Source of the DNA: a virus
Lineage: Duplodnaviria > Caudoviricetes
DNA length: 29,980 nucleotides
Virus record (IMG/VR): IMGVR_UViG_3300038674_000282
Span: 1 to 29,980 of that record
Strand: one strand, 5' to 3'
Below, one piece after another: positions 26,689 through 29,980 of the stretch. Both the position numbers and the translations under genes were made by a program. The notes below the pieces were generated by a model. It was given only the letters and a program-made list of their open reading frames with translations, ran no database searches and was not told the origin of the DNA. Numbering within the stretch: the stretch's first letter is position 1; each line of letters opens with the position of its first letter.

Positions 26689-26708
26689 GCCCCACGACAA
26701 AGTGGGGC
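26689..26708 (+). promoter_or_regulatory. DGR target-recognition hairpin downstream of VR1
   Basis: GCCCCAC-GACAAA-GTGGGGC, 7-bp stem, starting 20 nt after the last base of the stop codon. Confidence 0.8.
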
Positions 26709-26723
26709 AAGGAGAGAAGTATC

Positions 26724-27155
26724 ATGTCAAGCGTGAGAAAAAACCAACGGAAAGACAGCAAAACGCAGTTTATCGACACGGCGAGAGAATTGGTTGTACA
26801 TACTCTCGCCTATGCGAAGAAGTTTCCGAAATCTGCCATGTTCCTGTTGACGAAGGATATTGTCGATTTGAGCAGAGATATTTATAAGTGTGTCGTCTGC
26901 GCAAACAGGTTCTTCCCGAAGAACGGAGAAACGGACAGGATCGAAAGATATAAACTGTTCACGCACGCGCTTGGTCGCATCGACACGCTTGACTGTTTTC
27001 TCGGTATGGCGAAAGATGCCTATGGCGGTCTGAAAAACGCCAAAGGCGAGCCGATCATAAGTGAATATGGTTGGCTTCATTGGGGCGAACTTCTCGACAA
27101 AGAAGCAAACTTCATTAAGAAGGTATTATCAAGCGACGGAAACGTCGGCTTGTAA
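26724..27155 (+). CDS. avd: DGR accessory variability determinant (Avd-like four-helix bundle)
   Basis: Basic, helical 143-aa protein (KKFPKS...ANR..P...ER...A) lying between the target gene and TR. Confidence 0.85.
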   Translation: MSSVRKNQRKDSKTQFIDTARELVVHTLAYAKKFPKSAMFLLTKDIVDLSRDIYKCVVCANRFFPKNGETDRIERYKLFTHALGRIDTLDCFLGMAKDAYGGLKNAKGEPIISEYGWLHWGELLDKEANFIKKVLSSDGNVGL

Positions 27156-27181
27156 TGCGGGTTGCACACCGTATATCCGTC

Positions 27182-27297
27182 AGGTGGTTGCGTTCTCCGA
27201 GGTCGGGTAATAGCAATAATTTCGTAATTGTCAACAACGACGGCAACGTCAACAACAACAACGCGAACAACACCAACGGCGTGTCCCCCTGATTTGC
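27182..27297 (+). ncRNA. DGR template repeat (TR)
   Basis: Non-coding copy of the VRs with 13 AAY codons and 34 adenines. Ends in IMH*-like GGCGTGTCCCCCTGATTTGCC. Confidence 0.97.
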
Positions 27298-27524
27298 CTA
27301 CGTCAGTCAAAGTAGCCTTATGGCGAAATCCGTACTTTTGCAAAGGGGTGTGTGACCATTCGCAGAGCAATCTGCGACGAATATGTGATGCGGTTTGCCC
27401 GGCTGAACGCTTCTTGCATTGCGGAAGATGGTGGTAGTTCCGTTTAATAGCCGTTGGCAATGGTGGCAATATCCACCCCGACAAAAGCCTCACGCATCAC
27501 CCTATAAAAAGAAAGAAGGAAGGC
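27298..27524 (+). ncRNA. structured DGR spacer RNA (3' of TR)
   Basis: Hairpin TCGCAGA-GCAA-TCTGCGA (27360-27377). Pairings 27385-27392/27493-27500 and 27160-27170/27347-27357. Confidence 0.6.
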
Positions 27525-28655
27525 ATGAATAGCGAAGAAAGACACAAGGCGAGATATTTACGCAGGAAGGCAAAACGTGACGAAAAGAAAGCGGCGGCTA
27601 TGCGCGAATACGACAACTTCGATAAAGTGTTTACCTTCGACAACCTATGGAAAGCGTATCGAAAATGTGTTTGCGGCGTTGGTTGGAAGGCGAGTACGCA
27701 GATCTACCGCAACCGCCCGATAACGAATATCGCCCGCGTTTTGAACGCTCTCCGTAGCGGAACATACAAAAGCAAAGGGTTTTACGCCTTTACAGTCATA
27801 GAGCGCGGTAAAACCCGACATATCAAAAGCGTTCACATATCGGAACGGGTTGTGCAACGATGTTTATGCGACAATTCGCTTATACCCGCATTTATCGCAA
27901 CCTTGATATACGATAATGGGGCGTGTATGAAAGGAAAAGGTATCGACTTTGCAAAGGACAGGGTGAACTGTCACTTGCATCGTTACTACCGGCAAAACAA
28001 AACCAACGAGGGGTATGCCTTGTGTTTAGACTTTTCGAGTTACTTTGACAGAGTGCTACACGAAAAGTTACGGGAGATAATCACACGGCAATACACCGAC
28101 GAGAGAATTATCAAACTGTATATGCACTTCGTAGATATGTTCGGAGAAATCGGCATCGGTCTTGGTTCTCAAATCTCGCAGATAAGCGCGATCCGCTATC
28201 CGAGCGAGTTGGATCATACGATAAAGGAGAAACTTCGAGTTCGTTTCTACGGGCGGTATATGGACGATAGTTACCTCGTACATAAGGATAAGGCTTATTT
28301 GTGGTACTGCAAAGGCGTAATCCGCGAGATCTGCGATAAGTACGGCATAGTCCTGAATGACCGAAAAACGCGGATCTATAAACTCTCAAAGGGCTTTGCC
28401 TTCTTGAAGTTGCGGTTTGTGCTTACGGACAAGGGAGAGGTCTTGCGCATACCCGATAAGGAAGGATCCGTAAGAGCGCGGCGAAAAATCAAAGCGTTCG
28501 TACGTTGGTTGCAGACCGGCAAAATGGTCTTGAATGATGCAACTTGCTCCGTCAACGCTCACTTGGCGCACTATAAACGGAGCAACGCGCGCCGAACCGA
28601 AAGGAGTATCAAACGGTACTTCCAAAAAGCATTAAAACAGATAGGAGAACAGTAA
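27525..28655 (+). CDS. DGR reverse transcriptase
   Basis: RT motifs GKTRHI, ERVVQ, GKGIDFA, LDFSSYF, GIGLGSQISQ, YGRYMDD and FLK. Size 376 aa with no endonuclease domain. Adjacent to TR and avd. Confidence 0.97.
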   Translation: MNSEERHKARYLRRKAKRDEKKAAAMREYDNFDKVFTFDNLWKAYRKCVCGVGWKASTQIYRNRPITNIARVLNALRSGTYKSKGFYAFTVIERGKTRHIKSVHISERVVQRCLCDNSLIPAFIATLIYDNGACMKGKGIDFAKDRVNCHLHRYYRQNKTNEGYALCLDFSSYFDRVLHEKLREIITRQYTDERIIKLYMHFVDMFGEIGIGLGSQISQISAIRYPSELDHTIKEKLRVRFYGRYMDDSYLVHKDKAYLWYCKGVIREICDKYGIVLNDRKTRIYKLSKGFAFLKLRFVLTDKGEVLRIPDKEGSVRARRKIKAFVRWLQTGKMVLNDATCSVNAHLAHYKRSNARRTERSIKRYFQKALKQIGEQ

Positions 28656-28657
28656 TT

Positions 28658-28894
28658 ATGGCAGTAGTAGAACAACACCCTTATATCGACGAAAAGCGCA
28701 AAAAGCACAATGACCTCATGAAGCATTACAGCGACGAGGGAAAAACGATCATACAACTTGAAACGGGCATCGAGTATGAAGAAGCGATTGATACTTACCC
28801 CTGCAAATATACCTACGTTGAAAAGGTGGAGCCGGAAGAAGAAGGCGCGGAGGTAGAAGATGAAGGAAGTGGTATCGAAGCCGACAATTCATAG
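28658..28894 (+). CDS. small tail-fibre-associated protein
   Basis: HYSDEGKTIIQLETGIEYEEAID..PCKYTYVE; I recall similar small proteins downstream of phage fibre genes. Confidence 0.5.
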   Translation: MAVVEQHPYIDEKRKKHNDLMKHYSDEGKTIIQLETGIEYEEAIDTYPCKYTYVEKVEPEEEGAEVEDEGSGIEADNS

Positions 28895-29156
28895 CAGAGA
28901 GTTTGCAGGACGAGAAGACATAACAACACTCTTGATTACAGCCGAATGCAAGAAGATCGAGTATAAAGCATTTTGCGATTGCCCGAACCTTGCAAGCGTT
29001 GTGATCGAAGACAGCAACGAGCGTATTGCCATCGAGTTCGATGCCTTTAAGGGGTGCAAATCGTTGGTTATGCTCGAAACTCAAAGACCTGTGTATTTCT
29101 TTTGCGACGTAAACATTAAAAGGAGAATACACTATGGAAAACGAAAAGGAACTTGA
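28860..29156 (+). CDS. short BspA-type LRR protein
   Basis: IEYKAFCDCPNLASVVI...IEFDAFKGCKSL. Confidence 0.6.
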   Translation: MKEVVSKPTIHSREFAGREDITTLLITAECKKIEYKAFCDCPNLASVVIEDSNERIAIEFDAFKGCKSLVMLETQRPVYFFCDVNIKRRIHYGKRKGT

Positions 29157-29451
29157 CATTCAACTCACGCTCAACAGTCATAAGCACGAGATAGCGAGCC
29201 TAAAACACCGCATGGACGACGTAGAGAAAAAGCAAGATGAAATCTACGAACTCACAACTGCGGTAAACAAACTCGCCGTAAGTGTGGAGTTTATGGCGAA
29301 GGAGCAATCCGAACAAGGCAAACGTCTTGATACGCTCGAAAAAGAGCCTGCCGAAAACGCGAAGTATTATCGGCGCACGATTATCTCGTGCATAATCACT
29401 TCCGTCGTAGGGGCGATTATCGGCGCGTTGATAGCGTTGTTGATACATTAA
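29134..29451 (+). CDS. XhlA-like/holin-associated membrane protein
   Basis: Coiled coil followed by a single C-terminal TM helix. Confidence 0.65.
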   Translation: MENEKELDIQLTLNSHKHEIASLKHRMDDVEKKQDEIYELTTAVNKLAVSVEFMAKEQSEQGKRLDTLEKEPAENAKYYRRTIISCIITSVVGAIIGALIALLIH

Positions 29452-29463
29452 AGGAGAAACGAC

Positions 29464-29838
29464 ATGGAAAATCTGCTCTTATTCTTTCAAAAGTACGGGT
29501 TGGCGATCACCCTGATCGCTATCGCAGGTATCGCAATTTTGGGGATCCTCAAATATTGCAACCTGTTTAAGAAGATCGAAGAAGGCAAGCGGCACTACAT
29601 ATATTTGGCGATCTCCATCGGTTTTTCGGTGGCGGCGACCATAATCTACCTGCTTATCATAAAGCGGTTCGATTGGACGTATATGCTGATAGTCGCTTCC
29701 GCAATCTACGCGCTTAACCAAACATTTTACAACATTTTCAAGGTTACGCCCGTAAACGAACTGATCGGCAAACTTCTCGATTTTATCAAGAAACTGCTTG
29801 CGAACGCAGGCAACAAGCCGCCCAACGATGGCGAATGA
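29464..29838 (+). CDS. putative holin
   Basis: Three TM segments, charged C-terminus, end of the late operon. Confidence 0.6.
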   Translation: MENLLLFFQKYGLAITLIAIAGIAILGILKYCNLFKKIEEGKRHYIYLAISIGFSVAATIIYLLIIKRFDWTYMLIVASAIYALNQTFYNIFKVTPVNELIGKLLDFIKKLLANAGNKPPNDGE

Positions 29839-29842
29839 AAAC

Positions 29843-29877
29843 AAAGGCACCCACCGCATAAGTGAGTGCCTTTTTTT
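29843..29877. terminator. terminator ending the late operon (probably bidirectional)
   Basis: AAAGGCAC/GTGCCTTT stem with T7 on + and an A-rich flank on the other side. Confidence 0.85.
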
Positions 29878-29980
29878 ACGCTACGAGGTACGCAACGCGC
29901 TTTCCTCTTTCGAGTTTCAGGGTAATTGTGAGTTCTTTCGGCAAAGGTTCATTTACTATTGATACTGAATGTTCCTGTAA
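29876..29980 (-). CDS. 3' end of a convergent gene (truncated, unidentified)
   Basis: A minus-strand frame is open for 34 codons from the window end to TAA abutting the terminator. Confidence 0.4.
   Translation of the reverse strand, partial: LQEHSVSIVNEPLPKELTITLKLERGKRVAYLVA

Noticed and set aside
27228-27437. 69-aa Thr-rich ORF / (AAC)n microsatellite
   Set aside because: This is an off-frame reading of the TR's AAC codons, not a gene or simple repeat.
27525-28655. RT as group II intron, retron or Abi RT
   Set aside because: It has no maturase/endonuclease extension, and the adjacent avd and TR/VR pairs with A-specific mismatches identify it as a DGR RT.
29876-29980. Integrase or att site at the right edge
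   Set aside because: Only 34 codons are visible with no diagnostic motif, so it cannot be assigned.

Overview
This window is the packaging, head, tail and lysis module of a tailed dsDNA phage or prophage. It is siphovirus-like, and its genes and promoters look Firmicutes/Clostridia-type. Gene order on + is: terminase small subunit, a ~3.8 kb accessory/regulatory insert, terminase large subunit, SPP1-type portal, Zn-ribbon protein, scaffold, major capsid, head-tail joining proteins, major tail protein, frameshifting tail chaperones, tape measure, tail-tip/fibre genes and two holin-like genes. The main feature is a complete diversity-generating retroelement (DGR): avd 26724-27155, template repeat TR 27182-27297 and reverse transcriptase 27525-28655. 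It has two targets. VR1 (26547-26662) lies in the adjacent LRR/C-type-lectin-like receptor-binding gene. VR2 (25-140) lies ~27 kb away at the 3' end of a truncated gene upstream of terS. Both VRs differ from TR almost only at adenines, share an identical IMH, and carry different 7-bp hairpins at exactly the same offset. The terS-terL insert holds an AAAAGAT array, an A-free tract, divergent consensus promoters with candidate operators, an unannotated 22-aa membrane peptide and an EF-Ts-N-like membrane protein. All family calls come from recognising motifs by eye, not from database searches.
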